The notes under the pieces are model-generated. The model saw only the letters and a list, made by a program, of their open reading frames with translations, was not told the origin of the DNA and searched no databases. A stretch of 64,000 nt of DNA from Tubiluchus corallicola. Taxonomy: Eukaryota; Animalia; Priapulida. Positions 1-14,000 of the stretch are shown piece after piece. Within the stretch, counting starts at the first letter, position 1; the number at the start of each line of letters is the position of its first letter. Both the position numbers and the translations under genes were made by a program. The stretch is taken from positions 62,001 to 126,000 of the forward strand of contig JAQGDQ010000510.1 in the NCBI GenBank assembly GCA_030141605.1, in the 5' to 3' direction.

Positions 1-444
1 ATTCATTTTGGGTTTGGCTGCAAAGATAATTTAGCAGACCAGTTTGTCACCAAACAGGATGACTACGAAAGGTAAATACAATGATGCATATTATTCCAAA
101 ATCGTTGTTGTATAGTTTGTATTATTTAAAAATTTTAATAACAACTATACAAAATAATTTTGCATAATTGCAAAACCCTTTTTCAACGTTGCTAAAAAGA
201 AATCAAAAAAATTTTTCATGCTTACTGCTTGGTCTCAAAAATTAACACACGAGGACCCATAATACATACATTTGTGTTACACTCATTCAATACAAACAAA
301 ATCAATATAAAAGCTGAGATTAACAGTTTTTTAAAAGTGTTTAAAAACTGTTTATTAAAGAAAAACTGTAGCCTCAACCTGAAACTATAGTTCAAAACAA
401 TGGACTCTGTAAAGTATTGAAAACTTTTTTCAATATAAATTTTT

Positions 445-949
445 TCAAGAATGACATGTCGCTGTCGACGGCGGCATGTACTGGGACAGTCTAACGGCAG
501 GCTTCCCAAACGGTAACTTCAGGGTCAGACAATTAGGTGACATCAGGCGTGCATTAACTCCATCAACTGAGGAATGCGCTGTATCAAATCCGGCATATCT
601 GAAGACACTGACAGGAAGACCGACCACAGCTGGTTCTCTGAGAACTACCAATAGTCCATGTAACGACCTGGTCGCCTCCACCATAAATGACAAAGTCTCT
701 AGGGGCTTCCTAAATAACGGACAGCCTAGACCACAAAGACTGAGTATAACCATTGTAGAAGTACTCTGTTTCTACTGAGGAAATGCCATTAATAAATGCA
801 ATATTATCCTTTAAACCAAGAATTGATAAAATTCTAGTAGAGCAACCATATTGCAAAGCACCATCTTTCGCATCCGGCCTAGTTTTTCCAGGTAAATCAG
901 TTTGCTCTAAGCTGAGTGGCTGCATATCATGTAAAGGTTGGTTCATCAC
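445..949 (-). mobile_element. possible degenerate LINE (RTE-like) endonuclease-region fragment
   Basis: Broken ORFs 710..949 and 445..753 (NIAFINGISSVE...; SVDGVNARLM...LTLKL) loosely resemble the N-terminal AP-endonuclease of RTE LINEs. Weak recognition only. Confidence 0.25.
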
Positions 950-1789
950 CTAAATCTGACCAATCAAGCAGATCATAAAGAGCAGCAGCTGTGAATGTCC
1001 TATCTATCTCCACTCATGACTAGTGGTCAAACTTGCCAAATAAGGAAGCACACCTGTCATGTTCATGTGTGTTGTTGTAGCGTGGCACACTTGGTGTATG
1101 GTGGTGTTACGGCTGCTTGTCTAGGGGTATGGTGGCACACACTCACATTTGTTAGTCTTGAAGACCAACAATGATTTACAATTGCGGATCCATGTGTACA
1201 ATTAAGCTAATTTTAGCAAGTTATAGTGAGACAGTGTGTTTGTTCATGTGTAGGTGTATTGTCATAATGCACAACCAGAATAATTCAAAAGCAAAGTCAA
1301 AGTTAAATGTTATATTTTATATTTTATAGTTTAATTTTATATTTTGCATTAAATAAGAATCTAACCAGAACATTTCAGTTCATCTGTGAGCATAATGCAC
1401 TACAGGTATCTGTGGTCTCTCTGGTGCACTTGCCCTGGTCTCCTAGAGTTTAACACTGTGCAACCAACTCAAGACAGGAGAGCCTTCCATTTACATGCCA
1501 ACCTGCTGTCTACACAACACTGCTCCACTAGTAGAGAACAGCGTAACTACACTTATTCAGTATGGCACTATACTTGTTCAGTATCTATGACTATGGAAGC
1601 AGGTCTATGACTAGCTTTATCCAAGCCAGAGACTCTCCTGGCAGGGTTACCTGACATAGTTAAAACTTGTGTATCTCTACACTGGTCCTGTGCATATGCT
1701 GCACCTTACTTACTAGAACCTGTGCATTTTCTGCATTGGACTTAGTAAATAGCACTTACCTTGTTCAGCTAGTAAGAACAGCTGCTAAG

Positions 1790-2330
1790 TCCTTCTGCTT
1801 ATCTACCAGGGCTGCTTATTCAGCAGTGTTGCTTATTCAGCAAGGCTGCTTATTCAGCAGTGGCTGCTTATTCAGCAAGGCTGCTTATTCAGCAGTGGCT
1901 GCTTATTCAGCAAGGCTGCTTGTTCAGCAGTGTTGCTTATCCAGCAGGGTTGCTTATTCAGCAGTGTTGCTTATTCAGCACTGCTGCTTATTCAGCAGTG
2001 TTGCTTATTCAGCAAGGCTGCTTATTCGGCAGTGGCTGCTTATTCAGCAGGGCTGCTTATTCAGCAGGGCTGCTTATTCGGCAGGGCTGCTTATTCGGCA
2101 GTGGTTGCTTATTCGGCAGGGCTGCTTATTCAGCAGTGGCTGCTTATTCAGCAGTGGCTGCTTATTCAGCAGTGGCTGCTTATTCAGCAGGGCTGCTTAT
2201 TCAGCAGTGGCTGCTTATTCGGCAGGGCTGTTTATTCAGCAGGGCTGCTTATTCAGCAAGGCTGCTTATTCAGCAGTGGCTGCTTATTCAGCAGTGGCTG
2301 CTTGTTCAGCAAGGCTGCTTATTCAGCAGC
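1790..2330. repeat. 17-18 bp GC-rich minisatellite, core CTGCT-TATTC-AGCAG, ~30 copies
   Basis: Tandem ggctgcttattcagca(a/g/gt) units are directly visible. They account for ORFs 1667..2560, 1860..2351 and 1930..2367. Confidence 0.95.
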
Positions 2331-3600
2331 TGTCCGTTTTTTTGCTCTTGAAACTCCTCTTTTATAGAAGCCTTATTTGCTCTCGTCACGTGACTTCTGT
2401 AGAGTTTGTGTACCTGGCGTCCTGGCAACAAATTGCCAGCTATTGCCCAATGTATGTTTTGTTGATAAGTGATATTATAATATTAATTTTACATAATAAA
2501 TGTATTCTAGATTTATTTGAACACTTTACAGGTTTCTTTTTAGTGTTACCAAAGCTATAAAGTAATTATTTAACATGTTTAATTTAATTTTGGGGTATGT
2601 TGGTTTGTTGTCTCGCTCCGCATGTAAACAAAGATGGCGGCGTCCAGACGCTGTTCGTGCAAGTGCACGTAATTATTAGAATCGCTGCTGATTCCATTCT
2701 TAGGGCGTTTATTAGCTCATTTACCGTTGTCAAAGGTAAAATAGCTGTTCTTCTTCAGAACAATTAAGGCGAGGGGAAGTGAGTAAGTGTAAAACACCAC
2801 ATTGTTTCTTCCTTTGATAACCAAAGTTGACAGTAGATGGCACTACTATGCTAGCCTGAGAGATAGATAAAGAAATAAGTATTTCACTTAGTGATACAAA
2901 TTAAACTCATTGGCGCTACGCCGCCTACCTAATAACTACATATCTAATTGTAATAATTTCATCAGAACGACAAAAAGAGAGCACTATTGTGTAGGCTGTC
3001 ACACTGTTCTTCTCTGCTCAGAGGTGTTAAGTTGTGACGTAATAAACACTTTGAAGCGCTCATACATGAGTACAGCGGTAGACTTGAAAAGTGAAATTAA
3101 AGTTTGTATGTATTGAGTTTTATATGTCGCACTGAATGTTATACAATAACACTGTACTTTAATTTTTTCTTTCGCAAAGACATTCTTCACGCTCGTATAA
3201 TTTTTTTTCTTTTGAGAATTATGCTTAGTTGTGATGTCATCACTATCTTCTACACCAATAATTATTTAATTATCAGAAACGCTTTGGCGTTATCATAGGT
3301 GCTAAAATGTATACTTTGAGCGGTACTTGAAAATGATATGATATGAAAAGGCATCCGGTCTTTATTTAAGCTACTCTGAGTGGTTAAAATTGTCACTTAG
3401 AAGACAATTATATGAGTAGCCAAACAATTTAGAGAAATTCTACGCACATTTGCAATATGATACGTGTCCCCATTAGATGTTGCTGTACTAATGAGATTTC
3501 TTTGAACTTTTCAATATATCGTAAATTTTTTCTGATTTCCATTGCAAGTACATCTACATATTCATTTAAACCAAACTTTGAGCTACATTAGAAGCAAATA

Positions 3601-5037
<1,437 letters not shown>

Positions 5038-6179
5038 ATTAGATTAGATTTGTCGTAGATTACATTTGATCAGAGCTCCACTGCTGAAGTTTTTCTCTTT
5101 TGTTCCTCTCTTATTCTTTAAGTTTTTCATATTTGCAGTATTTTTTCTTTCCAGCAATTTCGATAACGGTGCCCTCCCCAAGATTATATTATTTTTACAT
5201 TTTTAATCACATGGGCAAGAATTTATGTTATATTTATCTACACAAACAATTAATTCAGGCTAATGTCGGACACAACAATTCAAGTGTCCAACATTAGCCC
5301 AGGTGTTTGGATTAAGGCGGGCCCTGTTTCAGTGAGTTGTACAATAAACAACAAATATGGTGTAACATAAAAGCATCAGGGAAGAAGAAACTTATAAAAT
5401 AATCAATTTTTAAAGAGGATGCTGTAAATGATTAAGGTTAGGCCTGTTTATCAGAAAGTAAATATCTATATCTATGCTAGAAGCTAAAGTGCTAGGCTAT
5501 TATGAAAATAGTGGCCTAAAGACCTGATGTGGCAGTATTAACAAAGGAAAAAACAACGTCTAGGTAATTTAAAGGGTTTTAAGAAAACATAAACCTCATT
5601 GTCCGACATTAGACCCTGTCCCAGGTTCAAAAGCTAAATCTTAGTTCCCATGATTATCTGCTTATAGAAAACAGATATCTGAAACTGAAACAAAGGATTT
5701 GTTATTTTCGAAATTTATTTAATTGAAAAGGTGAGAGAGCTAGATTGATGTTTAAATTTTGCCCCATGTTCAAAAGCTTAATCTTAGCTCCAGTTCCAAA
5801 CAAAGGTGAAATTATTTGTATCTGTCTTTTGGTAGAAGGAAAATTGACATTAATAAATTTCTTACGAGCAAAAGGCGTGAATTTTTTGCAGGTGTTTGGA
5901 ACTCAAAATGATGTAATTTGAGTGATTATGAATAAATTACCGTAAAATTTTTATTAAACCAACAGATAATGGGAAGATGAGTGAAATAACAAAGACTTAC
6001 AAGATTTCAAAAATAAGTACATTTAGGGAAGATTCAATGCAATACGAACTATTAGTAGTATATGCCGGTAAGTAATATTTGTCCCCATGATTGTAGAAGC
6101 AATCAAAAAAGAGTATCATAGTAAGTACGTGAAATTATCCACCATGGCCTATAATTGTGTTTACATGAAAAAATGCTTA

Positions 6180-6560
6180 CAAACTGTCATTTTTCCGCTT
6201 TAATGTGCGCAGCTTAAACAAGAGTATTTCGGAATTATTACATGTTTTGATGCATTTTAGCAACCAACCTGGCATTATCGCTGTGTCGGACTCACATTTA
6301 AAAATGATACAGCCATTTTGTTCGGTATACCTAGCTACCAATTTATTTGTGACAACTCCATGATAATTGCAGGTGGTGTTGGCCTTTGCATTAGCAATAA
6401 ACCGTTTTCGTTTCAGAAATACCAGAATTTAAACTAAATGCAAATAGCTATCAAATCGAAAGCCTCTTTACTAAAAGTGAAATTTACTATTCAAAGAACA
6501 TCATATTTGCTGTAGCGTATCCTCAAACAAATGGTGACATACCATCTTTCCAAATGGTGA
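6180..6560 (+). mobile_element. LINE (CR1/L2 group) endonuclease fragment
   Basis: Translation GIPSYQFICDNSMIIAGGVGLCISN (~6325-6400) matches the typical GY.F...GGGV..Y motif of LINE AP-endonucleases. Confidence 0.55.
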
Positions 6561-6591
6561 GCACACTCAATTTACAGCAAAATATGCAAGA

Positions 6592-6803
6592 TTTTACGCC
6601 TTTTGAAAATGTGGCTAATGAAAACTCAATGCAGAATTTAGATAACAAATTATCAATTTTAAAAAATATAATAAATTCAAAGTCTATAACCAAAAGATGA
6701 AATGCTCCTACAATATAAAACGGTCAGTAAAACTTGACCATGTAGCAAAAATTGTCCAGCTAGTCTGAACTGATTCCATAAAGAATGTTCTCAAAGAAGA
6801 GAC
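6592..6803 (+). repeat. ~215 bp direct repeat, copy 1 (copy 2 at 10007-10223)
   Basis: Near-identical sequence ttttacgcc...aagaagagacg at both sites. Confidence 0.92.
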
Positions 6804-7714
6804 GGTGATATCAGGAATTAAACTGAACTGAAAATGGTTTAGATTTGCAGGTTCGCGTCATCAAGTGATAACGGTATTCAAATTTGTATGCTGTTTTCGG
6901 CCGCTATAAACAAATAACAATTAACTATAAACAAAGAAAAAAGGTATATATCTTGCTTACTTGGGCGATCAATAATGATATTTCTCTCATGTCCTCCTGA
7001 GATTACAGCACATTGCAAAATATTTTCAAGAATTTACGTCTATTATGTCCAACATTACCCAACCAATCTGCCTGACATTATCTTCTAGTTAATTACATTA
7101 CTTTTTTCCAGCAAAGGTTTTGCTACTTCCTTGTAACTGGAATTTCGCTTTTCCACATTGCGATGAAAACCGCGAAGATGCAAGATGTCTTTCAGCAATG
7201 AAGTATGGAGTTTCATTATTACATGGATACGGGAAACAGTTCAGTAACACGGTACTTGAAAAAAGATCCGTCTTTAGAAGTTTGTTTCTAGGCTACGCAT
7301 CTGTACGTAATTTTCCATTTCTTTATTTTTGCTTTCAGCAGTCTGCCTTTTGTTAATCTCGCAACTTTGTGACATTAGTTTACAGAAAATGTGTTGACTG
7401 AGTAAGCAGTTTAAATAATATTTTTGCTTTTCTGAACTGGGTAACTAAAATAATTTTGAAATTGTGAAAGCGACTTTTGCATTCTACCTGAACTAGCATT
7501 GTTAAACTACGAACATGCTAGGAAATGTCCAACTATTGTTCGAACATTCGAGAAGACGAGATTGCAAATTATTGCCAGTATACAACTTCATGACAAAAAG
7601 CTAATTTAAATAACACAGATAAAAATTTAAAATACGTGCAATCTTCAAAATATCCAATTTATTTTTCTCCCTTTTTGTTTCTTTAATAACTTGCAAACGC
7701 ACAGAGCTACAGAT

Positions 7715-7790
7715 GTGTTTTAATTAGGGAAGATGTGCTTTAATTAGGCAAGATGTGTTTTAATTAGTTTAATGTTTTAATTAGGTAAGA
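7715..7790. repeat. short ~20-bp tandem repeat (agatgtgttttaattagg..), 3-4 copies
   Basis: Directly visible. Confidence 0.75.
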
Positions 7791-8917
7791 GGCTGCTCTT
7801 ACAGTTTTTAAGCTAGGGTACAATTATAGTACGTGGCTAGGTGGGCTGGCGTTGTTGTGCACGGCTGAATATGAGCCATCTGCGTGTGAAATTATTTTCG
7901 GTACGGGACAAAAACCAAAATCGAAAGGACCTGGGACAGCACTACTTCAAATGTCAAGAAACAGTAGCAAGTAATATAGCAAACGTAATGGCCTCGACGC
8001 ATCGAATGGTATTTTGGTGGACACTCAACCTCAAAATCGCAAGGTCCGATTTTAGTGTTGAAATATTCGCGAAATAACGTTAATAAAAACGTTACAGTTA
8101 GAACCTTTCGTTCAGACAATGCACTTTTAAAACAGCTAAATGAGTGCGAACATCAAAGTTGTGACAACTTCTTAGGTGATCAGAAATAAGTAAAACTATA
8201 TTACTAAAATTTTATAAAATAAAATTAAAACTAAGTAATTTAATTAAATTATTATTAATTACAATTATACGCATAATCTAAACAGTAGCACATTCACTCT
8301 TTATAAAAAAGTTTGTGCTTCCGCTATGCACGCAATTGAGTGCATGTACTTCCGCTAAGACTCTGCGCCGTTATGAAATGACCGCCGTTATATCAAATTG
8401 CAGTTGAAGTGTGGTGACCGCTAACAAGAACAATTTCTCGAATATTGTTTGATTCACTGTTTACATTTTTCAATACACGCAACGCACGAAAGGCATTTGG
8501 AAAGATTTTACGAAGCGTAAAACCGCTGAAGATTATTATTTTTTGACTTCGTCTTGCCGACACAAAGCAATAAAACTCGTTTTTTATTTTGTGCAGCACG
8601 ACATTGGACGTCAAACTGGTGAATTCTTGCTTAAAGCTTTAGAGAGAAGAATTTATCAGCATCGGCTAACGACAAGAACATGTTCTGCGCAAACTGATCT
8701 ACTTCTACGGAAGATAAAAGAAGCAGTTCACAGAAAGAATTACAATGTTAGCAATAAAGTCTAGCAGCATGAAAGAATCCAGTTAACTTCAAAACGGGCA
8801 GACTCTCTCTCTCCCTTTCTCGCTCTTTCTCACACTCTCTCTTTCTCTCCCTCTCTTTCTCTCACTTTTTCTCCCTGATTAACTGGCAGAGGAGTTGAAG
8901 TTTAAATTTTTATGTTT

Positions 8918-9025
8918 TATAAAGCGTCACTGCCGATTGAGGTCCTGCTTGCAAAAAGGCAGTGTGTAAGTGGAATAAAATTTCAAGACAAATTTTTAAG
9001 CTTTATGTAAGTTGAGGGTTTTCTT
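8918..9025 (+). repeat. dispersed repeat fragment, diverged homologue at ~44430-44535
   Basis: tgccgattgaggtcctg...aaaaggcagtgtgtaagtg...tttttaagctttatgt...agggttttc is shared by both loci. Confidence 0.75.
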
Positions 9026-10006
9026 GGGCTTTAAGAGCAGAACGTATATAGCCTGGCTGCTGACAGGTGAAACGACGAAGATTACTTATTTCTCTCCCTA
9101 CACAGAAAACTAAGTCTGGAGGTTCTAGTTTTACATTCCGAAGAAATTGTGTCACAATGTCCACACACCAAGACCGCCAGATAAGCAATCGGCCACTCTG
9201 TTGTCCCCTTATGAAGGCACTTGATCATGTGATTTATTGCACCCTGGAGCCGTAGCTTGGAAGAGTCCACATACTTTGATATAACCGTTTTTCGCTGTCT
9301 ATCCAGGGGGTGACTACATCCTAAAGTCAATGGTCCGACTGTCGACAATAATTTTACTACTGACAAACTATGTCTAATAATCTCGTATCATTCCACGCAT
9401 AATCGAACCGTGGAGGCTATTTACATCATTATTAATTAATCAATTATATTAAGCTACCCTTTAACCACCTGGGTACTTATTAGGTGGTAAATTGATTATT
9501 ATGATAATAAATTCCCGAATACACTTATGAAGCTATAGATTTGTTTTCAAATTGCGTAAACTTACATGTAGAAACCATAGATTAGATTAAAGCAATTAGC
9601 CAAGTAAGTAGCAAGCCTCCTTCCACGTAAGGCAAAAAGCCAACTGTCCTTGACAAACAGCTCGAACTTATTTTAACACTTTATTTAAATTCGAAGTTGT
9701 GTCTTAATGGTGTAAAAATTATAACAGCAATATGTCGCGGCAAAACGGGAACTCACTCGTTCAAATGTTTAGATATAGAGAGAATAGAGAGAAGCCAGAC
9801 ATCAGGTTACATTCATGCTTTTACGTTTAAATTGCAGACCTACCTACAGTATGTGCTGGTAAAATCAGTTATTAACGAGTCACAAATCCATTTTGATCGA
9901 GCAGGATGACACGGTTAAAGTTCTTGTGTAGTGGCAATGATATTACTGGCGTCAAACATATTGCTCTGTCCCTCCGCCCCCGCTGCAACGTGGTGTATTT
10001 AAACCC

Positions 10007-10223
10007 TTTTACGCCTTTCAAAAATGTAGCTAATGAAAACTCGATGCAGAATTTAGATAACAAATTATCAATTTTAAAAAATATAATAAACTCAAAGTCT
10101 ATAACCAAAAGGTGAAATGCTCCTACAATATAAAACGGTCAGTAAAACTTGACCATGTAGCAAAAATTATCGAGCTAGTCTGAACTGATTCCATAAAGCA
10201 AGAATGTTCTCAAAGAAGAGACG
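10007..10223 (+). repeat. ~215 bp direct repeat, copy 2 (copy 1 at 6592-6803)
   Basis: See copy 1; differs by a few substitutions and a small indel. Confidence 0.92.
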
Positions 10224-11304
10224 CTCAGCAGCATTCGGGACAACAGCTCACGCGGGACAACTGTCAGAGCTAAACAAAACTAAACTAAACAACATGACAG
10301 TCACAATTAATGTCTAATCAGCAGATAAACTGATTGCTCTTTTCATAAACACAAATTTACGAAGTAGCAGCTTTTTTAAAACGAAATTAACAGTTCAAGT
10401 AGCCAAAAAATGACTTTTCAATTTAAACAGAATGTAGATACGAAGTGTCAAAGCACTAAACAATGCAGAGACATAAATATAATAAAGAAACTAAGCCAGT
10501 TAGCCTTGCTTTACAATAAACGATTATTAAGTCTCTCTTGTCTTTAAACATACGAACATCAAGTCTGCGATGTATTTTTTCTATATTAACATCTTGTGCT
10601 CGTCTGCAAGATTTAATCAGTTTTTGTATTTTTCCGCTCGCGAAGCTACGGAAATAGAATAAAAATTTGACTGTTCCATTCTATTAGACGCCCCTTATAT
10701 TGAATGCACGAGTCACATAAGTCCCAATTACATTGATGCATAATACAAGTTTGACCATATTTGAATTAATTTTGATCTGCAAAGATCTCATTGAGGTTTA
10801 TAAAAACTGGTCAGAAAATAAAACATTTTGTTTTATCCTTATTTAAAGTTTATCAAATAGTTGCTTTTATCTAAACTTGCAAAGTCATAAACTAAACTAA
10901 AATGCATATTTTTTGATTGCAAAATGGTTTAATCAGCAACTCATAGATGTAAGCGTTGTGCATTTCTTCCTATAAACGAAACTAGAATATGTATTTCCAT
11001 CAATTCACTTGCAATTTCAATTGACAATAATAAAATCTAGAACAAGGCTAATATTTTTCCCTCTAACTAACGGAAAGTTGAGTTTTTTCATAACAGCGTT
11101 AGAGAGAACTACAACGTAGACCGGCTCAACTCATAGTTTTTACACACGACAAGCTCTTTCGCTAAACACTATCCATTTCGACAGTTATTTCTTGTCCATC
11201 ACAGTCCGTGGGGATACTATTAACGCTTCACAAAGAAAAATTTCTCTTTCTCTTAACTTAAACATAGTTGTTCAGCCCACATTCGGGCTTTTCCGTTGAA
11301 TGGA

Positions 11305-12680
11305 GGAAATTTTGGTACAAGTAGGATTGGTACAGCCAAGTTTGGTAATAGGAAATTTTAGTAAGCAGGAAGTTTTGGTACAGGTAAAATGGTACTATGA
11401 TCTTTTGGTATCGGGAATTTTTGGTACTAGGTAAATTTGGTACTATGATCTTTAGGTACAAACAATCTTTGATCTAAGGAAAATGTTACATTGGAAAAAC
11501 TTGGTACGGGAAAAATATGGTACCAGTATTGTTTGGTACTAAAAATATAGATACAAGGAAGTTTTGGGACCAAAAAATATTACAAGAAAAATTTCGTATA
11601 GGTAAGTTTAATACTGAAAATTTGGCAGCAAATAAAAAAGAGCATTTCTATATCTCAGCACAAAAAATTTGTTTCCACTGGAAAATAGGGAAATTCCCTA
11701 TAAGGAAGTTTATCCAGCAAGGAGGAAATTTGGTTCTGAGAAAGCCTGAGCTATTAAAAACCTCATAAAATACCATAAATAATAGTGATTGGCAGGTAAA
11801 AGCATTTTGCATAAAATCGGAACTGAACTTAATTCATTGTAATTGTCAAATGTGTCACATACTGTCACGCAAGCACATTTGTTATAATCATTTTCACTGT
11901 CAACAACATTATCGGTGTCGTATTTGCCATAAGCATCACTGTTTTCGTCTTCATCAATATCATTATCACCATCGTCATCTTTGTCATCACTATCAGTGCA
12001 GTTACCTTCATCCTTCTCCATCTATTAGCACATCAACAACAGCAATAACAAAACGTTGGCAAGGACAATGATTATTATAATGTCGGTGCACGCCAACATC
12101 ACTGCCAACAACATCAACAGTTGCAACAATTTCGACGGCTGCAACAACAGGTGCAACAGCAACAGCAGCAGAATCAACAACAACAACAGCGACAGGAGCA
12201 GCAGCAGAGTAACAAATACCAAAATGGCAATAACGATAATGATAATCAGCATGACGAGGACAACAAAGCAGCAAGAAACTAACATACAACAAGAATAACA
12301 ACAACAATAACCACAATAATTATGACGATGATGATGATGATGATAAGTATGACAATGATGATTATAGTGGTAGCAGAAATCACAACAGAAGAGCGAGCAA
12401 CAATGCAACAATGCGAGCCTCCATTGCTTTTTCGTAGCAGCACCAAAGTTTCCGTGTACCAAACTATCTCTGTGTCAAATTTTCCTAGCGTCAAACTTTC
12501 CCAGCACTAAACTTTATTAATACCAGTTAGTGTTCTGTACAATTTGTACCTTGTACTGTACTTACGAGTACCAAATTTTCTCTGTGCCAAATTTTCCCAC
12601 TGCCAACATTTCCTTGTATCAAATTTACGAGCATCAAATTTACATCTACAAAACTTTCTAATATCGCACACCTTTTCTGC
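11305..12680. mobile_element. foldback/MITE-like element: inverted degenerate tandem arrays around a trinucleotide-rich core
   Basis: Left arm (~11305-11735) repeats ggaaattttggtac-like units. Right arm (~12445-12680) repeats the reverse complement gtaccaaattttc(c). The core (~11900-12420) is CAT/CAA/CAG/GAT low complexity. Confidence 0.55.
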
Positions 12681-13059
12681 TCCATCATCTCTCGGGTAAA
12701 TAAGCATACCCTTATGCTATTGGGTAAGACTGCGAAGTAGGACAACAAACAGCCCCGGCGGAAACGTGTACGGGTTTGGCACACACGTTACCTAGCAGCA
12801 GCAGCCCCAGCAACTCTTGACTTCAAAGAAACACTGCTTCATCAGCGTAGCGAATGACTAGTGAAAAGTTAGACTGGCGAATGATAGCCTAGCGAATGTA
12901 TCACTATCTAACTGCTAGCTGGCGAAGTAGGTGATTACCACCTAATTATATGTAAGCAGGGAAATGAGTGGTCAGAGACATTTCGACTGAGAAAATCTTA
13001 CAAGCAATGTCCTATCTCATCAGGTGTGGCGACAGTAATGCGAGATGAGCATAAGAAGT

Positions 13060-13510
13060 TTATTTTTATTTTTTCATCGTTACAACCAAAAGATTGAATT
13101 ACAGTACAGCATAAAATTGCAATATAAAAACTTTGAAAGGAATAAGCAAGCAAGAACATACAGCGACAAGCGCTATTACACTATTACAAGATACGTGATT
13201 AAAATGAATAAAAAAAAGTTTGGAAATTAAATATGACGTATGGGATAAAACTATTCTTGAATCTCTCTGTTCGGCATCTAGTTAAGGGCTATTCCAAATG
13301 GTGGCGACTACTATACCTGTGAGTATGGGCATCTGGCAATAGACTGTGAATGCTTGGATTTTGAATTGATAAGAACAACTTTTTGCAAGAATTTTGGCGA
13401 CGGTTAAATAAAGGTTGAAGTTCAGGCAAAATTAGAGTATTTGCATACTTTTCATTTGGAAAAATAATAGGTTGTATAACTAAACATTGCTGTGGATGCA
13501 CCCAATCCAG
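13060..13510 (-). mobile_element. 3' end of an L2/CR1-group LINE
   Basis: Minus strand reads IIFPNEKYANTL...RRQNSCKKLF...HSLLP...*PLTRCRTERFKNSFIPY, a characteristic C-terminal tail of these LINEs. Confidence 0.7.
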
Positions 13511-14000
13511 GCAAAGAAACGACAAAAATCTGAATTGAACTGTGCGATAGACCTGCAAGTTATTGAAATAACAGATAACAACAGAGAATGTAGCTACGTG
13601 TAAAAATCAAATGTGTTTGATAGGCGGGTTATACTACTACACTGGAGCTTGGGTCAAATGACTAAGACTGGCTTCGTTTTAGACATTTTAATCTACAGGC
13701 GCAAAAACAAATATTTATACAAAGCTAAATTAAATTGCTTGACAGAGACAATCGAGTTAACAAACATGACTAGCAAGCAGTTTGTTAGAAATTGTACCAA
13801 TACCAAATACGGTTAATACCATTTAAACACCATTATCGTGCAAATTAAAAGGCAGCAATCATAAGAAATGTTGACTAATTCATTTAGGGATAGCTTGGAT
13901 TAAATAATTCAGTGCCAGAAAACACAGATTTAAATCACGCTCTGACACTTCTTTTGCTGGCTCACCTGGGTTATTCCGAAGATTCAAGTTTCTTCAAGAC

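Larger units (their letters stand above)
5258..7061 (+). mobile_element. possible degenerate pogo/Tigger-like DNA transposon relic with nested insertions
   Basis: ggctaatgtcggaca (~5258) and tgtccaacattaccc (~7046) form an imperfect inverted pair, and gtcc(a/g)acatta recurs at ~5286 and ~5601. Stop-ridden translation from ~5358 is only vaguely HTH/DDE-like. Confidence 0.3.

Noticed and set aside
1667-2560. 297-aa ORF and overlapping ORFs
   Set aside because: Produced by a stop-poor 17-18 bp minisatellite; the same peptides appear in all three frames.
11710-12510. Asp-rich, His-rich and hydrophobic ORFs
   Set aside because: Trinucleotide low complexity; no domain or splice support.
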